Positions 12,801 through 23,566 of a DNA stretch of 64,000 nucleotides are shown piece after piece; the stretch's first letter is position 1, and each line of letters opens with the position of its first letter. Made by a program: the position numbers and the translations under genes. The stretch is from Neodothiora populina (lineage: Eukaryota). The stretch covers positions 682,001-746,000 of the forward strand of contig NW_027191402.1 in assembly GCF_041146345.1 (NCBI RefSeq), read 5' to 3'. The notes under the pieces were generated by a model that did not search any database, was not told the origin of the DNA, and saw only the letters and a program-made list of their open reading frames with translations.

Positions 12801-15800
12801 CACAAATACAACAAAACCAAACACCTCGCAACATAGAAGCTGTTGTCTCCACGGCGTCGCAGCTAGCTGCAGCGTTGTTGCGATTGGGCCGCTCGGGAGA
12901 GGCACATACGACGATAACTGAAGTTGCAAAAGACTGTGTGAATGATGATATATCGCTGACGGTACAGCTTGAATCACAACTTGTACAAGTAGAAGTCAGC
13001 CTTGCGACAGGAGATGCGATTGGAGCTCAGAAAGAGGCCTACAACGCAGACAGGCTTTTACAAGAATTAGCCTGCGCTAAGGGCACATCAAAGTCTGTCC
13101 TACAACGATATAGAGCAGCAGCTGCTTTCGTTTTCTCGCTGGTCAACCTAACCAATGGCAACATATCTGCAGCATTTCTCTACGCACGGCAATGCCTTGG
13201 GATCACACAAGGGCTGCTACAACGTCTCAGGTCTCACAAAGGCTCAAATAAGAGAATACAGCAGAACGACCTTGTTGACTCAGAAGATCTGAACAGAGCC
13301 ATGAAAAGCCTCGACATATCCGCCAGTGGAAATACATCAAAGCATGTCACGGAGGGACCCGACCTATGGACGATGATGCCAACGCTTCTTCGAACCACTA
13401 TACATCTTTCGCTGTTGTACGCTCATACCGGTTTGAGGTTCGAAGCAGAGTACTACGCAGACCAGGCAAGGAAGCTTGCGTCCGTGTTACATCCTGACGC
13501 GGCGATGCCTCAAATCCTAACGATGGAAGCGCGACATGCGAGTGCACTCAATGGACCCATGCCTACAGTAGACATGATCAACACAGTCACTTCGGAAACA
13601 TCGAGAAATGCTCTTGAGGTGGCACGACTACATCTTGTTCTGGGTGACATGTATTCCAAACACCAGGCTTGGGACCGCGCCGTCGCAGCCTACGATACAG
13701 TAGAAGCTATGGCTCAGAAAATGCAAGTAAAGGCTTCACCGTCGGGGAGTGCTATTGTCGCGCAGTCCTTGCTTCCTTACGATCCTCCGAAGGCTAAAGA
13801 GTCGACGAAGAAGGGCAAGACTGTGCCCAAACGAGCCGGATCTCGTAAAGGACCAGCACTACCCAAAAAGCCGCTCAGTGCTGCATCCGAAAATGGTCCC
13901 ACAGCAATAAATGAAAGCTCTCCCGTAACCGATTTACGTACTGCAGCAATGGTCCAAAAGGCCGACTTGTTAGTGTCCCAAGGGCAAAGTGCGGAAGCCG
14001 AGGAGATACTCAACCTCGCTCGTGAGATGGTTTGTGGAAACCTTGGTAGGGTGATGAGAGATATTGTTACTACCAGGCTTCTGATATTGCAGTCCACGGA
14101 AGCTGCGGCATCAGACTTCACATTTAATGTCTTGCCCGAAAGCACTTTATCTTTTCCAGCCCTGACCTCAGCGATACGTCGCAAATCACAAGTCGAAGGG
14201 CCACGGTCGTCGCTCCTGTCGCCAATACAGCAGCGCAGCCAGCAGATTCAGGTCGTACGGAAGGGAGGTCAAGCAAGAAGCTCATCTCACAGCTTCACTG
14301 CCAGTCTGTTGGAAGCCAAAGATCAAATCGTTGCGCTCCAGTCTCAAGCCGCCGAGCTTCAATCCATGCCTATCTGCTATCAGATTTGTGAATTGGCATT
14401 GCAAACCACTGTGCTGCTTTCCGCAATTGACACAGAAGTTTTATTACCTCGATCACATCCAACTCGTGCCGCTTTCTCGATGGAGCTGCCACGCATTGAA
14501 GCAGTACGTCGGGACCTCATGATAACAGAGCTCAGCTCGTCAAAAGCTCCGTTCGGCAAGATGTCTTCACCATGTCTGGACGAGAACTTGTCAACACTTT
14601 CTGCGGCCAGATTCCAACAAAACTATATTGACATCATCCCGCAGCCTTGGGTCGTAGTTTCGCTTAGTATGAGTCACGACTGCAGTGAGCTTTATATCGT
14701 GCGATACCAGGCACGACGTTCACCTTTCATTGTTCGGCTTCCAATGGTGCGACACAAACTCCAAGAAATGGACACAGAAGCCGATGAATTTGACTTCGAT
14801 GCTGGACGCACGGAAATGAAGGAGATCATCCGCCTCTCGGACTTCAGCTGTCACAACCCAGTAGATACGTCAGTGAAGGGAGCTAAAACTGCTTGGTGGG
14901 AACAGCGAGCTGCACTCGATCGGCGTATGCAAGAGCTGCTGGTCAACATAGAAAACATATGGTTTGGTGGATTCAAGGGCATCTTGTCCCAACACCGACG
15001 TGACCCAGACCTATTAGCGCGCTTTCGCAAGTCCTTTGAGAACATTCTAGATCGACACTTGCCATCTAGACAGGGGCCGAAGGCACACTCTAAAAGACTC
15101 ACCCTCGATTCGAATGTACTTCAGCTTTTCATTGGTCTCGGCGACGACCAAGAAGGTGAAGTCGATCTCGACGAACACTTGCTCGATCTTTTGTATTTTG
15201 TGATTGACGTCCTGCAATTCAATGGGGAGAGAAACGCTTATGATGAAGTCGACTTTGACAGCATGGCCACAGAGACGCTTGACGCCTTGAGAGCGTACTA
15301 TGAGGCTGCTGGACACCAGATTCGTCCAGAAGACAGTCATCTCATCCTTGTTCTTGACAAAAGGCTTCATGCGTTTCCCTGGGAGAGTATGCCATGTCTC
15401 GAAGGGACCAGCGTCAGTCGTGTAGGCAGCATTCTCACACTTCAAGAACGCATACTCGCCAGCCGACGGAAGTTCAACGACGATGGCGCTGTATACACCA
15501 TCAGCAAGGACGCCGGTACATACATCCTAAACCCTGGCTCAGATCTAGCCAGTACACAAGCCAGACTCGAGCCAAGCCTAAAGTCATTGCAAGTCTTTGA
15601 AGACTCGAAATGGACACCTATAGTCGGCCAAGCTCCTTCGGAAGACGATTTCCGCAACGCTCTGTCAAAGTCCGATATGCTGCTATACTTTGGACACGGA
15701 AGTGGCAACCAGTACATCCGCAATCGCACTATCAAGAAACTCGACAAATGCTCCGAGGTCGTGTGGCTCATGGGATGCTCGAGCGGCACTGTTGCAGATA

Positions 15801-16423
15801 ATGGAGACTATGAGCCCACGAGTGTGCCTCTGGCGTATCTCGCCGCGGGTCGCACCCCATCTTCTCACAACGTGAAAGTCGACAAAGCCACGAAAGAAGT
15901 ACAAGAAACAGCAACAAAGTCCAAACACAAGGTTTCGTCCGAAGAAGATGAGACAACGCCAGACAACGCCAGCGACACCGACAGCGAACAAAGCGGGAGA
16001 AAAGGCCTCTGCATGGCCGTCCTAGCCACTCTTTGGGACGTCACAGACAAAGACATCGACCAGTTCTCGATCCGCGTCGGAGAAGAATGGGGACTATGGT
16101 CTTCTTCTTCTTCTTCTTCTTCTTCTTCTTCTTCTTCTTCTTCTTCTTCTTCTACCGTCGCGAGCACAGATGAGTCTCAAATACCCAAAACCCCAGCGAA
16201 GAGAGGACGCGCTGCTGCTGCTGCTGCTGCTGCATCCAAAACACCAAAGAAGACACCGGGTGGCAACAGGGCGAGAAGTCAGTCTAGACAGAGATCGGTT
16301 GTGGGAAGCAAGAAGAAGAAGAGTTTGGTTCAGGCTGTGGCGCAGAGTAGAGATGCTTGTTTCCTCAAGTACCTTAATGGCGCTGCGACGGTTGTTTATG
16401 GCGTTCCTGTTTATTTGGCTTAG
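9848..16423 (+). CDS. ESP1: Separase (separin), peptidase C50
   Basis: 2191-aa uninterrupted ORF; C-terminal protease motifs WWEQRAALD, FPWESMP, YILNP.SDL, LYFGHGSG (catalytic His), LMGCSSG (catalytic Cys), LWDVTDKDID, LNGAA.VVYG.P. Confidence 0.96.
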   Translation: MMRERCAHSEADAVKAALNTPGSCTATTVSTLAWLLDVQDVSRGSTSKHAPTKDSTLGNPKLASRNTTKSTVKKTPRTAPKTTTKQTNKAGTTTKQSTIQDTTNTHAVPVLQDASPPLSQKEKQKLATEVVNSTLKLLSQPNVSPPPQDAPVAQETRPVRVRTKTVTRTKQPPSSSAPLTEISNHSSPLRSVSISSSLAPVAECSHIAFKFLRKITSGEARLLSVWRGSISLIGKLITHRMQKLAFSEFGHLRDCMEKHDSDVTDGTEAQVDKSILLLNLQTPSKELMELAVLYQAQAVKFIMTFQNMSLLKKELQLLDPSILSSPSAVILEALDKGMPIDKAIKHLETLERTLSSFSSSQSSSIKPQTGSPESPNAPEVAFQLLVFRLEIRKRCIDLAAHQPAPEIEIYRPLGDGLSTYRRVSTQTSSETYQFAYSLVNRLCPLEGSHLPCPDLTAYSIYRSMSLLAQSDGSYSDAFKFVDSLDHAGATGVYRHTIRMCCAMRSYALKLASITEANAEPLESLVSMLDLLKQIRGKGVEFGEGMEFFVVEYSAFRKAIMLLLNQRYKVMARDMELEELGHLCDLVVFCNNTHLLLLRYIQSAGKSNKIPSQLRQIAETKSITQSINSSLMACKLGLQSEIHFSQYLQPALVDTRALTQELDPAIRSSHYIHISNTYWTVYQRLNLEEQLCPTSIELLQNSVEILRDLGMQEREAAFFTVKLEKLANAHLTGGSPSDAFEMLLEAILIRLGSEALHALVEMARTQLLQNAASGDSDVQLLLQDFSVYHQASFQDRRKFCVYDDHDLPTLERTAILEVQLYLLEQKHHPDVPKEIFSEQLNLLIGLLMGLLTYDEHPIRRANVCASILRIARTLDLSLDSQYMSEARRYSMGDTDSSDDSLLSPFKTYVEASLQVAQAFYEERPSLQVLRSAVSLFKSLFNESRKSFTGEYSKVTGHLIAQLEAMHSFMALEGCDEDCVHILQMLAQIQQNQTPRNIEAVVSTASQLAAALLRLGRSGEAHTTITEVAKDCVNDDISLTVQLESQLVQVEVSLATGDAIGAQKEAYNADRLLQELACAKGTSKSVLQRYRAAAAFVFSLVNLTNGNISAAFLYARQCLGITQGLLQRLRSHKGSNKRIQQNDLVDSEDLNRAMKSLDISASGNTSKHVTEGPDLWTMMPTLLRTTIHLSLLYAHTGLRFEAEYYADQARKLASVLHPDAAMPQILTMEARHASALNGPMPTVDMINTVTSETSRNALEVARLHLVLGDMYSKHQAWDRAVAAYDTVEAMAQKMQVKASPSGSAIVAQSLLPYDPPKAKESTKKGKTVPKRAGSRKGPALPKKPLSAASENGPTAINESSPVTDLRTAAMVQKADLLVSQGQSAEAEEILNLAREMVCGNLGRVMRDIVTTRLLILQSTEAAASDFTFNVLPESTLSFPALTSAIRRKSQVEGPRSSLLSPIQQRSQQIQVVRKGGQARSSSHSFTASLLEAKDQIVALQSQAAELQSMPICYQICELALQTTVLLSAIDTEVLLPRSHPTRAAFSMELPRIEAVRRDLMITELSSSKAPFGKMSSPCLDENLSTLSAARFQQNYIDIIPQPWVVVSLSMSHDCSELYIVRYQARRSPFIVRLPMVRHKLQEMDTEADEFDFDAGRTEMKEIIRLSDFSCHNPVDTSVKGAKTAWWEQRAALDRRMQELLVNIENIWFGGFKGILSQHRRDPDLLARFRKSFENILDRHLPSRQGPKAHSKRLTLDSNVLQLFIGLGDDQEGEVDLDEHLLDLLYFVIDVLQFNGERNAYDEVDFDSMATETLDALRAYYEAAGHQIRPEDSHLILVLDKRLHAFPWESMPCLEGTSVSRVGSILTLQERILASRRKFNDDGAVYTISKDAGTYILNPGSDLASTQARLEPSLKSLQVFEDSKWTPIVGQAPSEDDFRNALSKSDMLLYFGHGSGNQYIRNRTIKKLDKCSEVVWLMGCSSGTVADNGDYEPTSVPLAYLAAGRTPSSHNVKVDKATKEVQETATKSKHKVSSEEDETTPDNASDTDSEQSGRKGLCMAVLATLWDVTDKDIDQFSIRVGEEWGLWSSSSSSSSSSSSSSSSSSTVASTDESQIPKTPAKRGRAAAAAAAASKTPKKTPGGNRARSQSRQRSVVGSKKKKSLVQAVAQSRDACFLKYLNGAATVVYGVPVYLA
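16100..16153 (+). repeat. (TCT)18 microsatellite encoding poly-Ser in separase; followed by (GCT)7 poly-Ala at 16211-16231
   Basis: Pure trinucleotide runs read directly from sequence. Confidence 0.95.
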
Positions 16424-16751
16424 ATCAAATTAGTTTGTCGAAGGGGATGTGGGCGCTTACAGTCTACGGACTTTTCTAGCAGGTGTATAGATTGGCGCTC
16501 AACTGATAGTTGGTTTAAGCATCTGTCAGTATCAGGAGAAGGATTCAAACATACACACACAGACGGTCCAAGGCTTCACTTTATTCTGATGTACATATTT
16601 CAAGACAAGAACAATAAAGATACCATCCACTTTCACAATTCGCTTCTTCATCTGATGTTGAACTGTTACTCGTGCCTCGCAGATCTTTGTATCAGATAAT
16701 TCTTTGCGTTTATATCTCATCTATAAGAACAGAAGGTGACCTTCTCACTCC

Positions 16752-18772
16752 TCAAGGATTCTCAGCTCCACGCCCATGCTCATCCCTCATGAAAACACCA
16801 CCTTTCGCAATCTCGCCCTCAGCCTCAGAAGCAGTGACCTCGTCCTCCATCATCTGAAACCCCTTGATCGCCTCTCCATACTTCTCAAACACGCCCTTTC
16901 TATACCCGTCCGCAACCTTCTTGACAAACGCATCCTCATTCCACCTTGCCCCGATCAGTTCTTCAAACGTCTCGCTCGCGTCTCGTCGCTCACAGCCCCA
17001 CACGGCTTTATAGGCCGAGCCCAGCGCGCAGGCGTTGCCGCCGATGTCGAGACGATAGATGCCTTCGATGCCGCCAAGGACGTCGCCGCAGATGCGCGCG
17101 ATGGCGGGGTTGGCGCTGCCGCCGCCGACGAGATAGACGCGGCGGGGTTGGGGCGGGAGGCCGCTGGTGGATTTGGCGGTTCCGTCTGTTTTGTGGGGCG
17201 CGACGAGTTTGGCGGAGCGCAGGCGCAGAGACAGCATTTGGGATTCGACGATGCCGCGGGCGTCGGAGGGGGAGAAGGCCGAGGAGATGGGCGTTAGGGA
17301 GTTGGTCGTGGGGCTGTATTCGTATCGCCATTGGCCGGCGCGCAGGTTAGGCACGATCTCGGGGCGGGGGAAGTAGAGTCCTATTCGCATTGGGGAGTTG
17401 TCGGAGGTTTGGGCTAGTGGTGGGGTGGATAGCGCGAGTTCGTTGAATCTGTCCCATGATGCGTCTGATTTCGAGGCGTTGACGCTGTCGCGGATGTGTT
17501 CGCGGGCGAGTCCGCCGTTCTTGTAACATAGCATGAACATGTAGAGGCCGGCTGTTGTTGGGTGGTTCATAAAGTGATAGAGGGGGTCGGGGAGATAGTG
17601 CGGCGTGCTCATGAGGAAGGTTGTTGATGTGCCCAGAGATACCATGGCGTCTGAAGCACGGAGAGGAAGAGCTAGGAGCGTGCTTGGGTTGTCGCCAGTG
17701 AAAGGAACAATGTTGCAGTCGGATGGGAATTCGTAGCGTCCAACAAAGTATGAGCTGATGGTGCCGAAGGGCGCACCTCCATCCTCAAAGACGTGACCCA
17801 GCTTCGCCTTCAAGTCTTGTACGCCCTCGCTGCCTGCTGCTAGCTGTAGCAGACCCTCGTGCCATTTGCCTGCCTCGACATCCCAGAGGTTCATTCCAGT
17901 CACATCACTGATATCTATCGGGGCGAATTTGCCCAGGAAAACCGAGGCGAGGAAGGACGAGACAAGAGAGATGCGAGATGTATTCACCCACTCTTCAGGA
18001 TACTTCTTGTGCCATCGCATGATCTGAGGCCCGCTGAATCGCTACAATGGCAAGTAGTGATTAGTGAAAGTATACCACCGCAAGAAGGCTTGGGCGATGA
18101 GAACTCACGTGGTGGGCCTTGCTACCAGTAACGTCGGCCAGAGTCTCCTTGTCACCCAGTTCAGCATCAAATGCATCGCATTGCTTCTGCGTAGATGCAT
18201 CCTGCCAGTTGGGACTATGAGGATGACTCAAGGCACGCTTCTTACCACCTGCATCTGCTGGCTCAAGTTGCTCGACCAACGTCTTCTCAGGCTTCATTTC
18301 CTTCAATAACGCCTCGGCATGTTTGCTCCAGAAGACAGTGCCATGCTGCATACCGGCTCCAGACATACCCTTGACGCGAGAGAAGTCGCAACCTCCGCCT
18401 TTCAGGCGCTGGAGGACCAGGTCAATGGCTTCGAGCCACATTGCAACCGGCGCAAAGATCTCGCCTTCGCTGGGATTGGTGAGAACACCCTTTTCAATCC
18501 CATATTTACCCAGATCTGCGTCGAAATCGACCTTGTTCTCGTGCACGAGTTTAAGCTGTGAGTCGACGACAATGCCTGGAGTATGAAGAGTCAACCTCTG
18601 GCCGAACCATTGTATAGAAGCTTTCAATCGCACCTTTCAGTTGTTGGGTCGAAAGGTCAAAGCCCTGTTGTGGTTATCTGTCAGCTGTGGTGTTCATACA
18701 AAATATCACTGAGCAGGCAAACGCTGCGCGCCAGGAAGTTCTCACCATGTACAGAGGACCCGTAGATGCCAT
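16752..18772 (-). CDS. XKS1: D-xylulokinase (FGGY family); exons 18772-18746, 18664-18634, 18575-18109, 18041-16752
   Basis: [14 protein letters not shown] rebuilt from two small exons, GAGMQHG, NWQDAST, HHRFSGPQI, GDNP, SLGTSTT, GGGSAN; three canonical introns. Confidence 0.94.
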
Positions 18773-19388
18773 TCTTACAGATTCTGGACAAAAACCCCTA
18801 CAACTAGCAGGATCCAAAATGACATGCGTAAAATGAAGGATTGTTGACAGACACTGTTTGTCGAAAGGAAAGAATGTCACAGTATTATTTGAGCCAGATC
18901 CGGATAAATTGGCTAAATGCAAGACCCTCTTTGCCCGCTATCACGCACAGATATCTCTCTCCTGACCAGAGGCTAAGTTCTTGCTCTTCGTTCCGTAAGT
19001 ACGAGTCTAGAAAGGTCTCGGATTCAGCCTGGTATCTTTCGAGTCTTAAGATGTACGTGGTAGGACGAGTAGCACCCTTCCTGGCAGCGATTGAGGTTTG
19101 GCCATTGGGGTGAATTGAAAATACTACGTCATTTTGAGTAATGTGTGTAAACCCCGAAAACTCCGAAGTCTTTGGGTTGCAGGTAATTACCTGGATAAGG
19201 TGGGCAGAAAGGTTCGTATGGCTCCCCCGTCTAGTAGACATGCACGATGTATCCAACATGCCCACCACTATCTTGGGTTTCGATCGGCATAAAGCTCGGA
19301 CTCATTGACATGTGGCTATCGAAAGGCAAGCAGAAGGTTGCGAAAAGCATCGAGTTGGCGACAAAGCACCCACTCGCCATTAAGGTAT

Positions 19389-20817
19389 CTAACCATGTTG
19401 CATGCTATTGGTAATCGAGGTTGTCTCGCGGTCATCACTCTCCAGCTCTTGTATGAACTTCTCCCACGTCTCGATGGTGTTCTCAAAGAAGGAGCAGTTC
19501 GCATTAGCAAGTCCTCCGAGGGTATCCCTGAATTCAATGGCTTTGATGCGCTCAAAGTCTGCGACTTCGTTGACCACTTCGTCATCAAAAGCCTCGCTGG
19601 TCTTCTTGGCACCCTCGACTTCGTCCTGGAGACGGCGAATCTGAAGCTCAAGCTTGCGCACACGCTCACGACGGGCGGTCTCGTGATCTACACCTCGCAC
19701 GTCTTCGATCTTAGAACGTATGAAGCCGGATGCGCCCATGGCAGGACCCGAGGCAAGCGTGTCGCGCTCATTGACGGCCTTGGTAAGGTAATCAGTAAGA
19801 CCCTCAAAGTCTAGCTGTTTCTGTTCGCGCGTCTTCAGGAGCAACTTCAACGAGGTAATGTAGGCTTCCATGTCACGCAAACTACCTAGATAATCTTGGT
19901 CGGTATGATCGCGCAATTGCTTCCAGCTCTGCGAAGATGTTTCTATACTGCTTGCAAAGGCAGTAAGCTCGTTCTGCACTCCCGGCTCGAGTTGGGCAAG
20001 TTTCTGGAACTGCGTTGCAAGTTCGGAGTAATCGAGTTCCAGGTCTGACTCACGGCGAACGAGACGGGTAAGTGATTTGGAGACGGTAGCGAGATCATCG
20101 TCGAGCTTATCCGCACGTTCGCGGACGTCCAAGAAGCGTCGATCCGGTTTGTGTGGCTTGGCGAAGGCATTGAGGAAAGAGTCGGTCCATGTCTCGAGAA
20201 CGGAAGTTGCTGCAGGCTCAGCAGCGCTCATGGCACGGCTCGGTCTAGATCGCATGGTCGCATTCCAGTCGGTGCTTTCCAAGAACAAGGTCAAGAGAGT
20301 GGCTCGTCGCAGTACAGGGTGCAAGGTGAGTCGTTTTAAAAAGCGTTGTAGCGAGTAAGCACGTCGTGCGGTGAAGTCTGGGCCAAAGCGATCGCCGCGC
20401 ACATATTCCATCTTGTGCTTGTCCGGCAAAGGGGGCACGGCACATTGTGGGTATTCGCGGGTCAAGGTCTTTTGAAGGAAGACGAAATCGGTGAAGCGAC
20501 GACGTGTTGACGAGTCGGAGCGTTGAAAGGACTTGAAGTCAGTCTGTACACGGCATCAGCATGGGAAGAATCACTCAGACTTGTACCAGTCGATGGCGGA
20601 GAAGACTTACGTGGGTAGTGACGAGATATGAAATGTATTGGTTCTGAGTGCCCTCGTTCTCCTTCTGCGGTTTTGTCACAGTGCACTCCAGCTTGCCGTG
20701 AGCTCCAGGACCGGCGAGATCCTGCGCGTCTGCATTTTCGCCGGCTTGCTGCCACTCCTGAGGTTGTGAGGGAGACTGAGGTTGGGTGTATTCGTCACTG
20801 TTCGCGCCTTCATCCAT
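19389..20817 (-). CDS. SNX4: Sorting nexin-4 / Atg24 (PX-BAR); exons 20817-20611, 20543-19389
   Basis: YISYLVTTH|TDFKSF..RRRFTDFVFL across intron 20544-20610, PPLPDKH, R..SLQRFL, BAR coiled coil with REQKQLDFE. Confidence 0.92.
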
Positions 20818-21525
20818 GGTTACGGTCGTCGTTCGATGGACGGTGTAGCAGGCGTGCTTGCTCCACTCCTTGTTGCTTCAAATGAATCGACTCCCGGGCC
20901 GCGTCCCTGCTTCTCTTTCCTTTTGGCGACCTGAAGTCGATGATGGTCACGGACACTGTGGTTGCGCGATTGGCGGGGATTGCGTACACGATCGACGTGC
21001 GGAAGCGGAGGAGACAGGCCGTGGGCGAGCTTGTGCACGAGGTGTTGTTGCACTGATTGCGGAGCTCCTTGTGATGACGGCGCTGGAGGAATATGGAAGA
21101 CAGCGCCAACGTTTGCGGTGTTGTGGAATAGATGTACGGTGATGGCAGCGTCTAGAGCGGCGGAGCTTCGCTGGCTGGCGTAGTAGAGTAGTAGAATAGT
21201 ATCGCTGTCTTTGCCACCACTATCGTCTACTGTATCATCTATCATCGTACCTGAAGCCTGAAGCCCCCGTCCGAGCGCGGCCATCACCGGAGTTGAGATG
21301 TCGGGGAAATACCGACGTCATCGCCCTCTCGTTGATACCTCATTCACTTAGGCTGAGGTCTATCTTGAGCCTTACTATTTACACTATCCTGTCTCGCTAT
21401 ACTATAGTATCATAGACTGTAGGGAAGAGCTTGTTCCAGCTCAAGCTGTGTATGTCGGCCATGGACTCGAATGGTTACCTCCTTGCTGTGACTTCGTAGA
21501 AATAGTTGCCATCACCATGTGAAGC

Positions 21526-23019
21526 CTAGGCTCTCCAAGCTCTCGTCTCAGTTGCGATTGGCAAATGTGCCAGATCCATGTTGTTTATCGCCTCATCAAT
21601 CTGCTGGACATCCCTGACGAGCACCTGTTTCTCCAGCTCCAAAAGCAGATCCATCTCTGCCTTCGCACCAGAGATGACTTTGTTCAAGATCCGCAGAGCT
21701 CTGACCAATACAGATTCTGAGACGGTGGTCTCCATCGTGTCGGGCATCAACCTGAACGTGTCCAGCTCCCGTTCAAGCAGTCTTAATCTTTGTTGAACCC
21801 AAGTATGCGACTCATGCCATCTATGTGGTAGTCCATCAACAAAGCTCTGCTCATCTCCTGTCTTGCGGCTCTGAAGAGCCCTGTCTGCACTCTCCATCCT
21901 CACATTGAATTCGCGAACCAAGTCGGAGTACCGTCCTGTTGGCCCACATAGGCTGTCAATCTCATGCGCAAACGAGCCGAGACGCCGTGCGCAGTCGGCA
22001 GCAACCGCATTCGCCTCTTTATCATCATGGTGCAAGACCTTTGCCCAGGTCTTTAATGCTTTGACGTTGAGCTGCTTGTCATACGCATGCTCTAGCCGTC
22101 GGCTCTGCTCCTTTTCGTGTTCGAGTGCCTCGAACTCTGCCTGTAACACACTTCGACCGCTACCTTCGTATGTTTCTCGATTGGCCGTTGCTTCTTGATG
22201 CAGCAGCGATAAGTAAAGAAGCTCATATTGTGCTTTGCTTCGTTCAAAGTTTGTACTCGATAATGCCTGTGTTTCCTCGGAGCTAGGGAGAGGCCTTGAC
22301 GATGGCAGAGGCGGCTTAGGCGTCGCTTTGGCAGGACTGTAGTGCTGTTGGAGAGTGTTGAAAGCGGGACGATGTATGCTGGGCATACTTTGCGATGGGT
22401 TCGTTTCAATACTGGTGATTGGCTTGTTCGTACTTGCACTCATATTCCCTCTCGGGGCAAGCGCCGCGCTTCCCGCATCCTTTTTCGTGACCGAACTCTT
22501 TGCTCGTCTGTGTGCACTTATCGTTGTACCTGATCGCGCCAAATTGGGAACTGTACCTTGCGAGCTGGACGAAACACTGACACTCTGGGCCCTTGCGACA
22601 CGGCTTTGAGGCAGTTCTTCAGGTGCCTTTCTCGCTTCGGTAGCCCTAGAAGAAGTAGGCCTGGTCAAATTGCCAGAGACACTATTGGGTGTGGCAGATG
22701 AAATTGGGCGCAACCTGCTTACCCTACTGCCCGCACTCGTGGGTTTAGGAAGTGGAGGCGGGCCGAGTGGCTTGCCAATCTGAGACTTGACATCTGGTAT
22801 AGTCCTTGTTGATGGTAATGGCCTCCTGAATGACTGCGATCGTCCTATCGAACTTGCAGGGGGTTCTTTGTTGTCCGGCTGTGAAGGTATCCTTGATCGG
22901 GGCGTGGGTATTCCTGATGACTGCGGAACCCTGATCGATCTGACACGCTCCGGAGTTCTTATAGCAGTGGATCCATCGACAGGTTTTTGCGATGCATTTA
23001 TATCGACCATGTTGACCAT
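21526..23019 (-). CDS. Hypothetical protein: basic Ser/Pro/Arg-rich disordered N-half plus C-terminal coiled coil
   Basis: 497-aa intronless ORF, divergent from next gene; RPAFNTLQQHYSPAK motif followed by helical region. Confidence 0.7.
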   Translation of the reverse strand: MVNMVDINASQKPVDGSTAIRTPERVRSIRVPQSSGIPTPRSRIPSQPDNKEPPASSIGRSQSFRRPLPSTRTIPDVKSQIGKPLGPPPLPKPTSAGSRVSRLRPISSATPNSVSGNLTRPTSSRATEARKAPEELPQSRVARAQSVSVSSSSQGTVPNLARSGTTISAHRRAKSSVTKKDAGSAALAPRGNMSASTNKPITSIETNPSQSMPSIHRPAFNTLQQHYSPAKATPKPPLPSSRPLPSSEETQALSSTNFERSKAQYELLYLSLLHQEATANRETYEGSGRSVLQAEFEALEHEKEQSRRLEHAYDKQLNVKALKTWAKVLHHDDKEANAVAADCARRLGSFAHEIDSLCGPTGRYSDLVREFNVRMESADRALQSRKTGDEQSFVDGLPHRWHESHTWVQQRLRLLERELDTFRLMPDTMETTVSESVLVRALRILNKVISGAKAEMDLLLELEKQVLVRDVQQIDEAINNMDLAHLPIATETRAWRA

Positions 23020-23566
23020 TAGTATGGTCAGGGGTCCTGAGAAATGAACTGATCACAGTAAACATAAACAAACTCTGCGTTATCGAAATGTTTATGTCGT
23101 CCCTGAAACTCCAACGAGCACAACACCAACGGCTCAGAGTACTTTTATCTAGCTACATATGTACATGAACAAATCAAGTCATCCAATGTTGGAGGTTCTG
23201 TACGGTACTGCATTATACCAGATATCAACATCACGTGATCGTTCCCTGGCGTCGGTGATCGAATGGCATGTGATCATTGACCGGCGACCCCAAACCACAA
23301 CACCTTGACCTAATTGTACCTTGCCTTCCAAGTCAAGCTTGAGCTTGTGCATATTCATCCCAGAGCTAAGCTTACATCGTATATAAGCTGGCATCTAGGC
23401 ATCAAAGTAGACTTGAATCTTTCACAACTGACTTGACAAACTTCTGTGTATCTCCCGTCAAATACAGGTGACTTTGAGGTCTTTCCTGTGAAATCGTTAG
23501 TAAAATCAACCGAAGTCATTCATCGTGTCGACTTCAAATTCCCTAGATCAGCTTTCGCCCAGAGCA

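Noticed and set aside
15865..16167. Poly-Glu ORF on minus strand
   Set aside because: Antisense reading of the (TCT)18 repeat within separase
20820..21287. 155-aa ORF ending just upstream of SNX4 start
   Set aside because: No motif and no coding bias; probably 5' UTR/promoter, though a uORF role cannot be excluded
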